Below are positions 1-13,039 of a stretch of 64,000 nt of DNA, piece after piece (the stretch's first letter is position 1; each line of letters begins with the position of its first letter). The notes under the pieces are model-generated. The model was not told the DNA's origin. It did no database searches and saw nothing but the letters and a program-made list of their open reading frames with translations. This stretch comes from Chiloscyllium plagiosum (lineage: Eukaryota): the NCBI RefSeq assembly GCF_004010195.1, contig NC_057718.1, forward strand, positions 65,043,548 through 65,107,547, in the 5' to 3' direction. A program made the translations under genes and the position numbers.

Positions 1-2804
1 GGGGAACAATTTTCCTTGTCAAATACCTTAGTATCCAGAACTCATTAAGTTAAAATCATTTACTGAAGAATTAGAACGAAATGGGGAGCAGTTCCTTCAC
101 ACAAGGGATTGTTACGATCTGAAGTGGTGATGGAATCAAATTAGATTCCACAGGAACTGCTAAAGTTACACTATTAATAAAATGCTATTTCCTGTTTAAG
201 TTATAACTTTTGTATTTGACATCTGTTACTCTTAAGGTCTGGTTAGGAACAGTTGGCAAAATTTAAGGGTCACTGAATATTTCAGTTTCATTGTGTTGGG
301 AATCCAGTGATAGCCAGGCTGATTTAATTTGGCTTGCTGTCCCAACCTCATAACATTTTGTGTTGTAAAATAAGTTATATCAGTAATTTAATCAAATATC
401 TCACCTACTCTTAAAAATTCACATGATTTAAACTTCACTCACTAACTCAATCAGTCCACAGGCCCATAGTTTGTTGCGAAAAAAAGTCTTGCTACATAAT
501 TTCCAACCATTTTCTTATTTAACTCTAACCCAAGTTCACCTAATGACCTTCATTGCACTAGAATTTAATCATGGTCAGCAATAGCTTCTTCCATTGTGTC
601 TCTGCATAAACTAGCATATCATATTCCATAACTTTAACTTTAGGAAGATCAGTAACCATCTCAGGTTGTCTGTGTTGGTGTTTTTCTGGATCAGTGGATA
701 TGTCAAACTGCACGCTAAACCATCTGTATCTCCTGAAATGCATCCAAAATGTGGTTAGAAAACTGTTCTTTCATCCAACTTCACCTGCCAGTAAAACCAT
801 CTTTTACATCTGGCATAGTGAAGATTTTTGCAAGTTGTGACAAAATTCCTTTGATGATTGCTATGGGGTAATGAGATTTCATCAAAGCATATTCTCAGCT
901 TTCCAGAATATTTCACTGTTACCTTGCTGCAGGTCCATTCTGTAGGAGTTATAACTTTTTTGATTGCTCCTTTCTTTTCCAGCTCTCATATCTTGTCTTT
1001 CAGCTGGAGCTTTCCTCGGCAAATGCTGAGGTTTTATATTCTCATCTACTTTGAGATGTTATGCTCCTGGAAGATGTCCTAATCTGGTTAACCTATCATT
1101 TTACCCCTCTAGGATCTGTTCCATGGTCAATGATGTAGTGCACTGTAACTTGTTACAACTCTCTTGTCACATTCATGGCTAACAACCCAAGCTTTAGACT
1201 TGTCCTGGCTGAGATGAGTGACATTTGCTTTCCATCTGTAATTTGGAAATCCAGATCCTTGTTCATGTCATTGCATTGGATTCACAGGACAATCTGTCCT
1301 CTCGGCGCATGTGTGGTGATATCATTGTTGTATGGTGTGGAGTAATTCATTAGAAACTTCAGCCAATATCACTCCAGTGACCACATGAACCTGCTTACTG
1401 TATTTCCTTCTAGGCATACCCCTGTATGCACGTAATTCATCAGAAAACTCTGCTTTCTCCACACTAGATATGCCTTCCTCATCTTTCTACAATGACCTCT
1501 GCAGTATTTGCATTATTGTTCTGCCTTTTGTGTCTGAACAAGCTGTCAGCACAATGCAAGACCTGGTCAATTCTATCATGTTCTGTGCTGTATTGTTCTA
1601 TGTTCTATGAATATGCGAAGCTGTTTAGGCCCAGCTCAATAAATCTATTGCTATTTCATAATTCTACCACTGTGCTGAAAGAAATATCAGTTTTGCTTCG
1701 TATCTCCTGTCCTTTGCAGTTGGTAGGGGTAAAGCAGCAGCTATTTTGTTTGAACGAATGTTTTGACTGTGGCTTGCTTCATTGATCTTTGATTTTATTT
1801 GTGCTACAGACAGCTCACAGCTCTGCATGTATCTGTGTCTCCCTATCAGTAGCTCTGCTTTCTTACAGCTCAGCAACACTCACTTCAGTGCCTATTCTGA
1901 CGTCATGTTTCACTGTGTTCAACACAAGGACTTTATTGAAGTAAAGATATCTGCCAACAGTCCATGTGCCCCATGATAGAGGTCACATGGCTACAACAAA
2001 CTAGGAGGAGCATTTGTACATGATTGCATTTTAACCCAAACAACTTCTACCTCACGTACCTAATAACCTACCCACGTATCCACCTATCCGGCCTACCCAC
2101 TTTCTCACCCTACCCACTTACCCAGCTACCAACTTTCCCACCTATCCATTCATTCACTCAGCCACTCACCAACATTCTCACCAGACATCTAAATTTACTA
2201 AATGTCAGCTAGTGCTGTAAAAGGGGGGTATTTCCTATCTTTCTCCGACTCTATTCCATTCTTACAAAGATCCTCCTGCATAATTCTGTGACAGATCCTG
2301 GAAGCAATATGAAACATGATTGGATCCTGAGAATTTTATTTGGAGCAGCAATCTGCTCATTGTTTGTTGCTGTGGTGGGGGGAGGGGGTGTGGTGTGGGG
2401 AGGGGGTGTGGTGTGGTGGGGTTGATCTACAGGAAATTAGCGCTCCCTCTGCTGACTGAAAAGCAAAATTGTAGGCCCATCTGGATCAGACGGACTGCAA
2501 CAGTTCAAGAAGGTGACTAAAATATTGGCTGCCAATTCCTCCAGCAAAAAAAAGATAAAGCTCTCTAACATAAATGCAAAAGCCCATCGGCTTGAGCTGA
2601 GATAACTAACCTCAGCCATCTGTGCTAATTCCTTGATATAATTGTCCATTATATCCAACATTTCAGTTTATTCTGCATAATCTTGCAAGTTAGTCCTCTT
2701 TAAGCACACAGCTAATTTTTTAGTCATGTGATGTCACCATTTACCTTCCAGGATTTTATGAGGTGGGGAATGGTAAGACTACATGCCGCACATGATCAAT
2801 TTAA

Positions 2805-3478
2805 CGGCCATTTAGCTATGAAGCGGGAAATCAGGAAAGCAAAAATTGGACATGAGATTAATTGACAAATGGAGTTAAGGGGAATCCAAACAGATTCTAA
2901 AAATACGTGAAGGGAAAAGAGTAATTTGGGAGAGAATAGAGCATCTTTAAAGATCAAGAAGGCTGTCTATGTGTAGAGCCACAGGAGATGAGTGAGATAT
3001 AAAGAGCATTCCGCATGAGTATCTATTGTGGAGATAGATATGGAAGCTAGAGAACTTGGAGAAATAAATACTGATATCTTGAAAACAGTTCATATTATAG
3101 AAGAGGGGGGTGCTAGCTGTCTTAAAATATATAAAGGTAGATAAAGCCAGGCACCGGTGTATTCCAGAGATTTGCGGGAGGCTAGGGAAGAGATTGCTGG
3201 ACCCTTTGCTGAAATATTGTTATCATCAGTAGTCATGGGTGAGGTGCAGGATAACTGGAGGTTGGCTAAAGTCGTGCCGTTATTTAAGAAAGGCCATATG
3301 AAAAGACTAGGGAACTATAGACCAGTCAGCCTAATGTCAGTGATGGGTAAGTTGTTGGAGGGGTTCTGAGGGATAGGATTTACATACATTGGGAAAGGCA
3401 AGGAGTGATTGGGGAGAGTCAACATGACTTTGTGTGTGGGAAATCGTGTCTCACTAACTTAATTTAATTTTTGGAAGA
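2805..3478 (+). mobile_element. CR1-clade LINE ORF2 fragment (pre-RT/RT N-terminus), decayed
   Basis: ORF 3157-3369 WRLAKVVPLFKKG...GNYRPVSLMSVMGKLLE is the CR1 ORF2 motif; frameshifts and stops around it. Confidence 0.9.
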
Positions 3479-3479
3479 A

Positions 3480-4385
3480 ACTTCTGAGTATTCCAAAATG
3501 GAGGTTGGGAAAAATTGTGGCTGTAAGATCTGTTCCTTTCTTAGGGTATTTTAGGTGCTGGAGGTGATTTCCTCGAATTCCAGGAGTAGTAATTATTGTT
3601 TCATAAGCTGTTGCATTGCTTTGGAAATTTGGGGGAAAAGAGAACAAAATAATAACACTTTAAAAGGAGAAAGAGAACAAAGGCAGGGACCACATGATCA
3701 GTGTGTGTGTGAGAGAGAGAGAGAGAGAAAAAGAAACCTACATTGCTGACACATCAGTGAATCTGCACAGCTACTGCCTTTGCTGTTTGAGCTCCAAGTA
3801 TTTCTGGATGTCTGGACATCAGAGTGCATCTGAGAAAAATGAATAAACAGTGAAATTCACAGCTGATCTTGGAGGAACCTGTGTGGGAGAGCTTACAGCA
3901 TGGGAACAGTTAAGTGCATGGTTTTAAGTGCAACTTTGTGGTCTTTTTTTAATAGTGAGCAGGGTGGGTTGTTTTTGCTTATAACTTTTATTGAAATCTG
4001 TCTCTTGATTAAAATTTAAGAATATAAAACATAGATAAGAAGTTAGCTTGGAGCAGTGTTTTTAGAGCAGTAAGACTATGCTATTTTAGATTACTTACAG
4101 TGTGGAAACAGGCCCTTCGGCCCAACAAGTCCACACCAACCCTTCGAAGTGCAACCCACCCAGAACCATTCCCCTAAACCTACGGGCAATTTAGCATGGC
4201 CAATTCACCTAACCTGCACATCTTTTGGACTGTAGGAGGAAACCCACGCAGACACGGGGAGAACGTGCAAACTTCACACAAAGAGGCCGGGAATTGAACC
4301 TGGGTCTCTGGCGCTGTAAGGCAGCAGTGCTAACCACTGTGCCGATTCTGTAGATTCTTAAGGTGCAAAGATAGTCTTCAGATAG
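3480..4385 (+). mobile_element. Probable 5' UTR of the downstream CR1 element (most of ORF1 absent), interrupted by a SINE
   Basis: Directly upstream of the CR1 endonuclease; resembles recalled shark CR1 5' UTR; contains (GT)n(GA)n at about 3701-3727; assignment from memory only. Confidence 0.4.
4087..4343 (-). mobile_element. HE1-type tRNA-derived V-SINE
   Basis: Minus strand GGCACAGTGGTTAGCACTGCTGCC (A box) ... GGTTCAATTCCC (B box), V-domain, tail GGGCCTGTTTCCACACTGTAAGTAATCTA. Confidence 0.9.
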
Positions 4386-4772
4386 TGAGGGAAGAGATCA
4401 GTCTGAGACTGGTACAGTTAGGAAAAGGAGCAAGTCAAACAGTCAAGGCAGGCAGGAACAAAGCAGAGAATGAGGTAAATTAAACTGCATTTATTTCAAT
4501 GCAAGAGGTCTAACAGGGAAGGCAGATGAATTCAGGACATGGTTAGGAACATGGGACTGGGATATCATAGCAATTACAGAGACATGACTCAGGGGTGGAC
4601 AGGACTGGCAGCTTAATGTTCCAGGATACAAATGCTACAGAAAGGATAGAAAGGGAGGCATGAGAGGAGGGGGAGAGGCGTTTTTGATAAGGGATAGTAT
4701 TACTGCTGTACTTAGGGAGGATATTCCTGGGAATATGTTCAGGGCAGTTATTTGGGTGGAACTGAAAAATAA

Positions 4773-5006
4773 NNNNNNNNNNNNNNNNNNNNNNNNNNNN
4801 NNNNNNNNNNNNNNNNNNNNNNNNNNNNNNNNNNNNNNNNNNNNNNNNNNNNNNNNNNNNNNNNNNNNNNNNNNNNNNNNNNNNNNNNNNNNNNNNNNNN
4901 NNNNNNNNNNNNNNNNNNNNNNNNNNNNNNNNNNNNNNNNNNNNNNNNNNNNNNNNNNNNNNNNNNNNNNNNNNNNNNNNNNNNNNNNNNNNNNNNNNNN
5001 NNNNNN
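4773..5006. other. Assembly gap (N run)
   Basis: Ns in sequence. Confidence 1.
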
Positions 5007-5086
5007 TCGCCTGAGTCGGGAATTGAACCCGGGTCTCTGGCGCTGTGAGGCAGCAGTGCTAACCACTGTGCCACCGTGCCGCCCAC
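5007..5086 (-). mobile_element. HE1-type SINE head inserted in CR1 (remainder in gap)
   Basis: Minus strand GGCGGCACGGTGGCACAGTGGTTAGCACTGCTGCCTCACAGCGCCAGAGACCCGGGTTCAATTCCC. Confidence 0.88.
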
Positions 5087-6110
5087 CAAGTGTGTACAAG
5101 GAAAAATTCTGATTCAGTATGTGAATGTACCTACTAGAGAAGGTGCAAAACCTGACCTACTCTTGGGAAATAAGGCAGGGCAGGTGTCTGAGGTGTCAGT
5201 GGGGGAGCACTTTGAGGCCAGCAACCATAATTCTATTAGTTTTAAAATAATGATGGATAAGGATAGACCGGACCTAAAAGTTGAAGGTATAAATTGGAGG
5301 AAAGTCAACTTTGACGATATCTGTTTCCATGCTGTACATCTCTATGACTCTATGACTATAACTTTCAAAAGTTGATTGACAGTGGATGTTCGAAGGACAG
5401 CTGCAAAATTGGGAAGCCTTCAGAAATAAGATAACGAGAGTCCAGAGACTGTATGTTCCTGTTAGGGTGAAAGGAAAGACTGGTAGGTGTAGGGAATATT
5501 GGATGACGAGAGAAATTGAGGTTTTGGTCAAGGAGAGACTGAATGAATTCTTAGTAGAGAATAAAGGCAGTAGAAGTATACTTAAGAGAGAAATCAAGAG
5601 AGCAAAAAGAGGACATGAGGTAGCTTTGGCAAATATGGTTACGGAGAATTCAAATGGATTTTATGAATATATTAAGGATTAAAGGTTAACTGGGGAGAAA
5701 ATAGGGTCCCTCAAAGATGAGCAAGGCGGCCTTTGTGTGGAGCCGTAGGAGATGGGAGAGATATTAAACAAGTATTTTGCATCAGTGTATATTGTGGAGA
5801 AGGACATGGAAGACAGAGAATGTGAGGAAAGAGATGGTGACATCTTGAAAAATGTCCATATTACAGAGGAGGAGGTGCTGGATGTCTTAAAATGCATAAA
5901 GGTGATACATCTCCAGGATCTGATCAGGTGTACCCTAGAACTCGGTGGGAAGGTAGAGTCGAGATTGCTGGGCCTCTTGCTGAGATATTTGGATCATCCA
6001 TAGTCTCAGGTGAGGTGCCAGGTGACTGGAGGTTGGCTAACGTGGTGGTAAGGAAAATCCAGGGAACTATGGACTGGTGAGCCTGACATCAGTGGTGGAC
6101 AAATGTTTTT

Positions 6111-6727
6111 TAGATTAGATTCGTTACAACGTGGGAACAGGCCCTTTGGCCCAACAAGTCCATATTAACCCTCTGAAGAATAACACACCCATTCCTCTAC
6201 CCTATATTTATCCCTGACTAATGCACCTGACACTATGGGCAATTCACCTGACCTGCACATCTTTGGATTGTAGGAGATTAGATTACTTACAGAGTGGAAA
6301 CAGTCCCTTCAGCCCAACAACTCCACACCGACCCGCCGAAGCATAACCCACCCAGACCCATTCCCCTACATTTACCCCTTCACCTACCCCTACGGACAAT
6401 TTAGCATGGCCAATTCACCTAACCTGCACATTTTTGGATTGTGGGAGGAAACCGGAGCACCCAGAGGAAACTCACGCAGACACGGGGAGAATGTGCAAAC
6501 TCCACACAGAGAGTTGCCTGAGGCGGGAATTGAACCCGGGTCTCTGGCGCTGTGAGGCAGCAATGCTAATCACTGTGCCACCATGCCACCCACCAGAGGA
6601 AACCAGAGCACCCGGAGGAAACTCGCGCAGAGGGAAAACGTGCAAACTCTATGCAGGCTGGAATCGAACCTTGGGTTCATGGTGCTGTGAGGCAGCAGTG
6701 CTAACCAATGAGCCACCATGCCGCCCC
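6111..6727 (-). mobile_element. Older HE1-type SINE (6111-6275 plus 6596-6727), split by a second SINE
   Basis: Halves join collinearly at ...TGTAGGAG/GAAACC...; CR1 resumes at about 6730. Confidence 0.85.
6276..6593 (-). mobile_element. Full-length HE1-type SINE nested in another SINE
   Basis: Complete head, V-domain and tail, closely matching the copy at 42311-42639. Confidence 0.9.
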
Positions 6728-8050
6728 AAGATGTTGGAGAAAATCCTGAGGGACAGGACTTAAATGCATTTGGAAAGGCAAGGACGGTTTAGGGATAGTC
6801 AGCATGGCTTTGTGTATGGGAAATCATATGTCATGAACTTGATTGAGTTTTTTGAAGAAGTAACAAAGAGGGTTGATGAGGGCAGAGCAGTAGATGTGAT
6901 CTAAACGGACTTCAGTAAGGCGTTTAACAAGGTTCTCCATGAGAGACTGGTTAGCAAGGTTAGATCACATGGAATATAGCCATTTGGATACAGAACTAAC
7001 TCAAGAGTAGAAGACAGAGGGTGTTGGTGGAGGGTTGCTTTTCAGACTGAAGGTCTGTGACCAGTGGGGTTCCACAAGGATTGGTGCTCGGTTCACTGTA
7101 TTTTGTCATTTACATAAATGATTTGAATGTGAACATAGGAGGTATGGTTAATAAGTTTGCAGATGACATCAAAATTGGAGGTGTAGTGGACAGCAAACAA
7201 GGTTACCTTAGAGTACAATGGGATCTTGATCAGATTGGAGTGGCAGATGGAGGTTAATTTACATAAATGTGAGGTGCTGCAGTTTGGAAAGGCAAATCAG
7301 GGCAGGGCGTATACACTTAATAGTGAGGTCCTGGGGGGGTATTGCCGAATAAAGAGACCTTGGAATGCGGGTTCATAGATCCTTGAAAGTGGAGTCTCAA
7401 GTAGATAGGATAGTGAAGAAGGCGTTTGGTATGCTTTCCTTTATTGGTCAGAGTACTGAGTACAGGAGTTGGGAGGTCATGTTGTGGCTGTACAGGATAT
7501 TGGTTAGGCCACTTTTGGAATATTGTGTGCAATTCTAGTCTCCCGCCTATTGGAAGGATGTTGTGAAACTTCAGAAAAGATTCACAATGATGTTGCCAGG
7601 ATTGGAGGGTTTGAACTATAGGGAGAGGCTGAATAGTCTGGGGCTGTTTTCCCTTGAGCTTTACAGGGTGAGAAGTGACCTTACAGAGGTTTATAAAATC
7701 ATAAGGGACATGGATAAGGTAAATAGACAAGGTCTTTTTCCTGGGTGGGGAGTCCAGATCGAGAGGACATAAGCTTAGGGTGAGAGGGGAAAGATTTAAA
7801 AGGGACCTAAGGGGCAACTTTTTCACACAGATGGTAGTACATGTATGGAATGAGCTGCCTGAGGAAATATTGGAGACTGATATAATTACAACATTTGAAA
7901 GGCATCTGGATGCGTATATGAATAGGAAGGGTTTAGAGGGATATGGGCCGGGTGCTGGCAAATGGGACTAGATGAATTTAGGATATCTGGTCAGTATGGA
8001 TGAGTTGGATTTAAGGATCTCTTCCATGCTGTTCATCTCTATGACTTACA

Positions 8051-9240
8051 TGACAAGAAGGTTGATGAAGGCAGAGCAATAGATATTGTCTATATGAACT
8101 TAAGCAAGGCATTCAAAAAGGTTCTGCATGGTAGACTGATTAGCAAGGTTAGATCACATGGAATCCAGGCAGAGCTATTCAATTGGATACAAAATTGCCT
8201 TGAAGATAGAAGACAGAAGGTGATGATGGACAGTTGTTTTTCAGACTGGAGGTCTGTGACCAATGCTGCACCACAAGGGTCAATGCTGGGTCCATTAGTT
8301 TTGATCATTTATATAAGTGATTTGGATATGAATATAGAATGTATGGTTAGTAAGTTTTCAAATGACACCAAAATTGGTGGTGTAGTGGACAGTGAAGAAG
8401 GTTACCTCAGACCACAGCAGGACTTTGATCAAATGGGCCACTGAGTGGCAGATGGAGTTAATTTAGATAAGTGTGATGTGTTGTGCTTTCATAAGCAAAA
8501 TCAGGACAGGACTTATACTGTTGATGGCATAGCCCTGGGGAATATTGCCGAGCAAAGGTGCATAGTTCTTTGAAAGTGGGGTCACAGGCACACAAGGTGA
8601 TGAAGAAGGCATTTGGCATGCATGCCTTCATTGGTCAGTGCATTGAGTATAAGCTATGGGAGGTCATGCTGCAGTGTACAGGACACTGGTTAGGGCATTT
8701 TTAGAACACTGCATTCAATTTTGGTATCCCTGGTATAGGAAAGATGTTGTTAAACTTGAAAGAGTTCAGAAAAGATTTCAAAGATGTTGCTGGAATTGGA
8801 GGGTTTGAGCTATCGGAAGAGGGTGAATAGGCTCGGGCTTTTTCCTTGGAGCACTGGAGCATGAGGGGTGACCATATAGAGGTTTATAAAATCATGAGGG
8901 GCATGGATAGAGTGAATAGCCAAGGTGTTTTTCCCAGGGGAGTGGAGTCCAAAAGTAGAGGGCATAAGATGAGAGGGACAAGATATAAAAGGGACCTAAG
9001 GGGCAACATTTTTATGCAGACAATGGTGCATGTATGAAATGAGCTGCCAGAGGAAGTGGTGGAGGATGGTACAGTTGCAACATTTAGAAGGCATCTGGGT
9101 GGGTGTATGAATAGGAAGGGTTTAGAGGGATATGGGTCAGGCGCTGGCATTGGGACTAGGTCAGGTTAGGATATCTGATCAGCGTGGAGAAGTTGGACTG
9201 AAGGGTCTGCATCCGAGCTATGTAACTCTGTGACTCTATA
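8051..9240 (+). mobile_element. 5'-truncated CR1 LINE (RT to 3' tail)
   Basis: ORF 8094-8444 NLSKAFKKV...PQGSMLGP...KFSNDTK; tail CTCTGTGACTCTAT. Confidence 0.92.
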
Positions 9241-9411
9241 TAAGAGTAGCCAATTAGAGCCCTCAAGCTTACTCTGTTATTCAATAAGATGATGGCTGTT
9301 TTTTTTTGTGGCCTCAATTTCACTTTCCTGTTCATCACCTTCCCCACCCACCCTCATGACTCTTGACTTTTCCCAGTGAAAGATATGTCTAACTTTGCCT
9401 TGAATATATTC

Positions 9412-9700
9412 CACAACACCAGGTTCTAGTCCAACACATTTATATGGAAGTACAAGCTTTCAGAGTGTTGCTCCTTCATTAGGTAGCTCCTGGAGCAGGA
9501 TATTAGGACACAGAATTTATAGCAAAAGATCATAGTGTCATACAACTGATGTGGTATATTGAACAAACCTAGATTGCTGTTATGTCTTTCATTTTTTAGA
9601 ATAGGTTGCAGGTTTCAATTCATTAATATGCAAATCTCAGAACTTCTTTCAAGTCACATTTATGAGATAACGTTTTATAATAAAAGGTGGCACCTCCACA
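9412..9700 (-). mobile_element. Penelope-like element 3' end (family 2) with degenerate hammerhead motif at about 9450-9486
   Basis: CAACACCAGGTTCTAGTCCAAC homologous to 42795 and 46676; minus strand UAC-CUAAUGA-A-GGAGC-AAC-ACUCU-GAAAGCUU-GUA. Confidence 0.7.
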
Positions 9701-10250
9701 TCTTGAATATATTCGATTTCCCAACCTCCTAGAAAATTCCACAAACAAATAAAAGAAACATTTTCCTCATCTCATTGTTAAATGGGAGACTCCACATTTT
9801 TAAACTGTGTCCCTGTGCCATAAACTCCCCCAAAAAGGGGAAATATTCTCTCAGCCTTTACACATCAATTTTCCTCAGGATCTTGTATGTTTCAATATGA
9901 TAAGTTCTCATTCTTCTAACTCCAATGAGTGTAGGCCAAACTAGCTCAAACATACTTCAAAATAACCTTTTCATCCCAGAGTCAGTTCTTCGAACCTTCC
10001 TTGAACGCTTTCATATGCAGTTATATCATTTAAATATGACCAAAATTGTACATGGCATTTTAAATATATTATAACCAAGGTCCTATATAGCTAGTATAAC
10101 ATTTTGCAACTTTTACAGTCAATTTCTCTTCTGAAAACAACATTCTATATACCTGTCTAATCAGCTGAAGTACATGAGTGCTAGCACTTTGTGGTTCACT
10201 TCCCAGATGTAAGGATTTCTTTGTACTGCAGTTCTATACTGCAGTTCTGT

Positions 10251-10450
10251 GCACGGTGGCACAGTGGTTAGCACTGCTGCCTCANNNNNNNNNNNNNNNN
10301 NNNNNNNNNNNCCTCCCACAGTCCAAAGATGTGCAGGTCAGGTGAATTGGCCATGCTAAATTGCCCGTAGTGTTAGGTTAGGGGTATGGGTGGGTTGTAC
10401 TTCGGCGGGGCGGTGTGGACTTGTTTCCACACTGTAAGTGATCTAATCTA
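10251..10450 (+). mobile_element. HE1-type SINE spanning a small gap (10285-10311)
   Basis: GCACGGTGGCACAGTGGTTAGCACTGCTGCCTCA head; GTTTCCACACTGTAAGTGATCTAATCTA tail. Confidence 0.9.
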
Positions 10451-10624
10451 TAATCATTTCCCATGTAAATAATATGCTACTTTTCTATTCTCCCTGTTAA
10501 AGTGAACAAGGTCACATTTTCTGATATTGTACTCAATCTGTCAGACTTTTCCCATGTATTTAATCTGTCTAAATCCTTTAACAGGCTCCTTACATCCTCT
10601 TCACAACTTGCTTTCCTGCCTCTT

Positions 10625-11110
10625 CAGAGGAAGTACGGAAGACCAGGAAGTGGTTTCTCCAGGTAGGTTGCTGGGAGCTAATGGCCCCCCATTGGATGTA
10701 TTCAATTTTGGAAGAATTAACGTTGCTGGGGAAATCAAGGATCTCCTCTATTTAATCTATAATCAAGGCATGATGTCACAAGGCTGCAAGATTGCTCCCA
10801 TCACTCATCTCTGCAACAGAGAAGGAGCAATTCCTTTTTGTGACAATCATTGTGGAATATCACTTTTTATCAGGAAAGGTTCCTGCGAGGGTTATTCTTA
10901 GTCAGATAGTCACTCACCTCCTTGACTCCACGTACCTCGACTGGCTTCCTTGCAGGTTGTGAAATAGTAAACATGATCCTTGGAGCACATCAAATGCAAG
11001 AAGTGCCTTCCAAACAGAATAAGGAGCTCTATGTGATATTCACTGATCTGACCAAAGTTTCTGACACAGAAAACCGGAAGGTCTGTGTGCATGATGCAAA
11101 GTAGTATGTC
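10625..11110 (+). mobile_element. RTE-clade LINE RT fragment, highly decayed
   Basis: CDNHCGISLF (cf. CGNYRGISLL); GFLAGCEIVNMILGAHQMQEVPSKQNKELYVIFTDLTKVSDT (cf. GFR..RSTVDMIF..RQLQEKCREQ...LY..F.DLTKAFD). Confidence 0.75.
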
Positions 11111-12159
11111 ATCAGATGCTTTTCCTGTCATCAACATTACCAAGAAAAGCTGTGTGTTTGCTACAGTTCTGTTTGTCATATGCTTTCTGGCCAAGCTCCA
11201 TTATTCACTCAAAGAACCAACAATTGGAGTACACATTTAATTCAAGACAGCCAGCAAACATTTCAAGTAGCAAAGGTTCACGGCTTATCCAAATGGCTCA
11301 AGCGAGGCTTTCCAGGCTGTGTTTTTGATGTGAGCCTCTCCTGCTGCAGGAAAAACCACAGCAAAAATGGATAGAAGCCTTTAAAGAACCACTTAAGGGC
11401 CTCAATTGATCCACAGGCAGGTTGGCCTATTGATGTTCTTCCCCCACCACTGGTAACATTGTGGTGGCACAGGGAAGGCAGGTAGGTATTGAAAATGGCA
11501 TGATGCCCAACTTTATGATCCACCCCAATTGCCCACCTACCTTTTGGCCCAGAAAGCTATAAAATCCAATTCATTTTTCATCAGTCCAAATGACAGTGGA
11601 TCACATAACCTCAAAAAATACTTCTGGATTTCTCTTATACAGGTTGGGTATCCTGAGCTTGGGAGTTGTTATTAGTGGATTTGTGCCATCAACTGCTGTG
11701 TAGAAAGTGATCTGTCAACAAACAAAGAGAGAAGCAAAGAATATGGGAAAGAAGAAACCATTCCCTCATGACAGGTGACACCCCGAATCAGCAGCTAGTG
11801 TCAAACCTCATGGAAAATGTCAGAATGATTCTGCTTAAATATTTTGTAGACTAACTACTGGTCTTTTTATTTAAAATTGGAACTCAATGAGGTGGTTGTT
11901 TCTCATACAGCTGCACTGTTATGAGAATTTAATATTGCTGAACGCACAAGTTGTTGGACATAGTACTCACGATAGGATCTTCAAAACGCATTCCATTCCC
12001 ACCTACCTGCTCCCATTTCCCAAACCCCACATTAAGCCTTGTCCCATTTTGGCAAATTGCTGTTCATTCAGGGGTAGTAGTAAAATATTGGAACTGGCCT
12101 CCGTATCTCATGAAGAAGGAAAGGAAAAATAAGCTATTATTTCTACTAAAACCAATTTG

Positions 12160-12425
12160 TGCACAGTAAAGTTCCACAAAAAGCAATAATAGGGGTTATT
12201 TCCTTTAGGCGTTGGTTGAGAGATAATTGAACAGGACATTTGAGGTGCTCCTTATGTTTTTCCAAATAACTTCAGGGAAATTTATACTTGACAGAGCACA
12301 TGTGACTTTTAATGTCACCACTGGAAGTTAGCATTTCCAACAGTGAAGTGTCAGTGGGATAGTGTAGTGGGACTTGATTTAACAATCTCAGTGAACTGTG
12401 CTACCAATGAACTAAAACTGACATT
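12160..12425 (-). mobile_element. Degenerate Deu-domain SINE (SacSINE1-like)
   Basis: Patchy antisense similarity to 40515-40920. Confidence 0.5.
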
Positions 12426-12961
12426 GTTCTTTCCTCTCTGTTAGTTGTGTATAAAGTAAAAACTGGCATTTACTAATTATCCAGGGTTGTTAGGATCCGA
12501 TGTATATGGCTTTGAATTCCTCTGTTTTGATAGGTTACAAGCAAACCCTGGAAAACGCTAAAATATGTGTTTGAGATTTGTAATAAACTGAAACTTCAAT
12601 GTTATTTTATAATTTGGATACTGGACTGAAGTTATTATTAAATTTTATTTCTGCCATTAAAATGCATTCTTATTCTTGTATTTGTTTAGGATGTTAAATG
12701 TCAAGCCTTGACATTTATTAAGTACAGCATGATATAATGTAGGATTTGAGCCAGGAGGCTAGAGTTGAAATCCCATCATTTCCAGAGGTGATTAATAACA
12801 TCTCTGAACAGATTGATTAGAAAATCTCTGGAATTATGTAGAGTTTCAGCACAACAAAGGTCCTTTGGCCAAACAGGTATATACTGGTGTAATGTTTCAC
12901 ATAAACCTCCTTCCATCTTTCTTCATACTGCCTTATCAATGTTGCCCTCTCTATCATTTGC

Positions 12962-13007
<46 letters not shown>
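12962..13007. repeat. (AT)n microsatellite
   Basis: TATATA run with two interruptions. Confidence 0.95.
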
Positions 13008-13008
<1 letters not shown>

Positions 13009-13039
13009 TCTTCTTAAATGTATTTTTATTATTTGCCTC

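Larger units (their letters stand above)
4386..8046 (+). mobile_element. Long CR1 (HER1-like) LINE: APE endonuclease, RT and 3' tail, decayed, with nested insertions
   Basis: From 4480 LNCIYFNARGLTGKADEFRTWLGTWDWDIIAITET (APE); RT motifs SGVPQG and KFADD at 7057-7170; 3' tail CTCTATGAC at about 8040. Confidence 0.93.
9243..10620 (-). mobile_element. Old CR1-group LINE 3' fragment, interrupted by PLE and SINE
   Basis: Antisense tail similar to 23801-23928; degenerate antisense RT C-terminus. Confidence 0.6.

Noticed and set aside
2040..2420. C/A-rich tract and G-rich duplicated 20-mer
   Set aside because: Ordinary low-complexity sequence; G-quadruplex potential alone is not evidence of function
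4635..5112. Long ORFs containing X runs
   Set aside because: Artefacts of translating through the N gap
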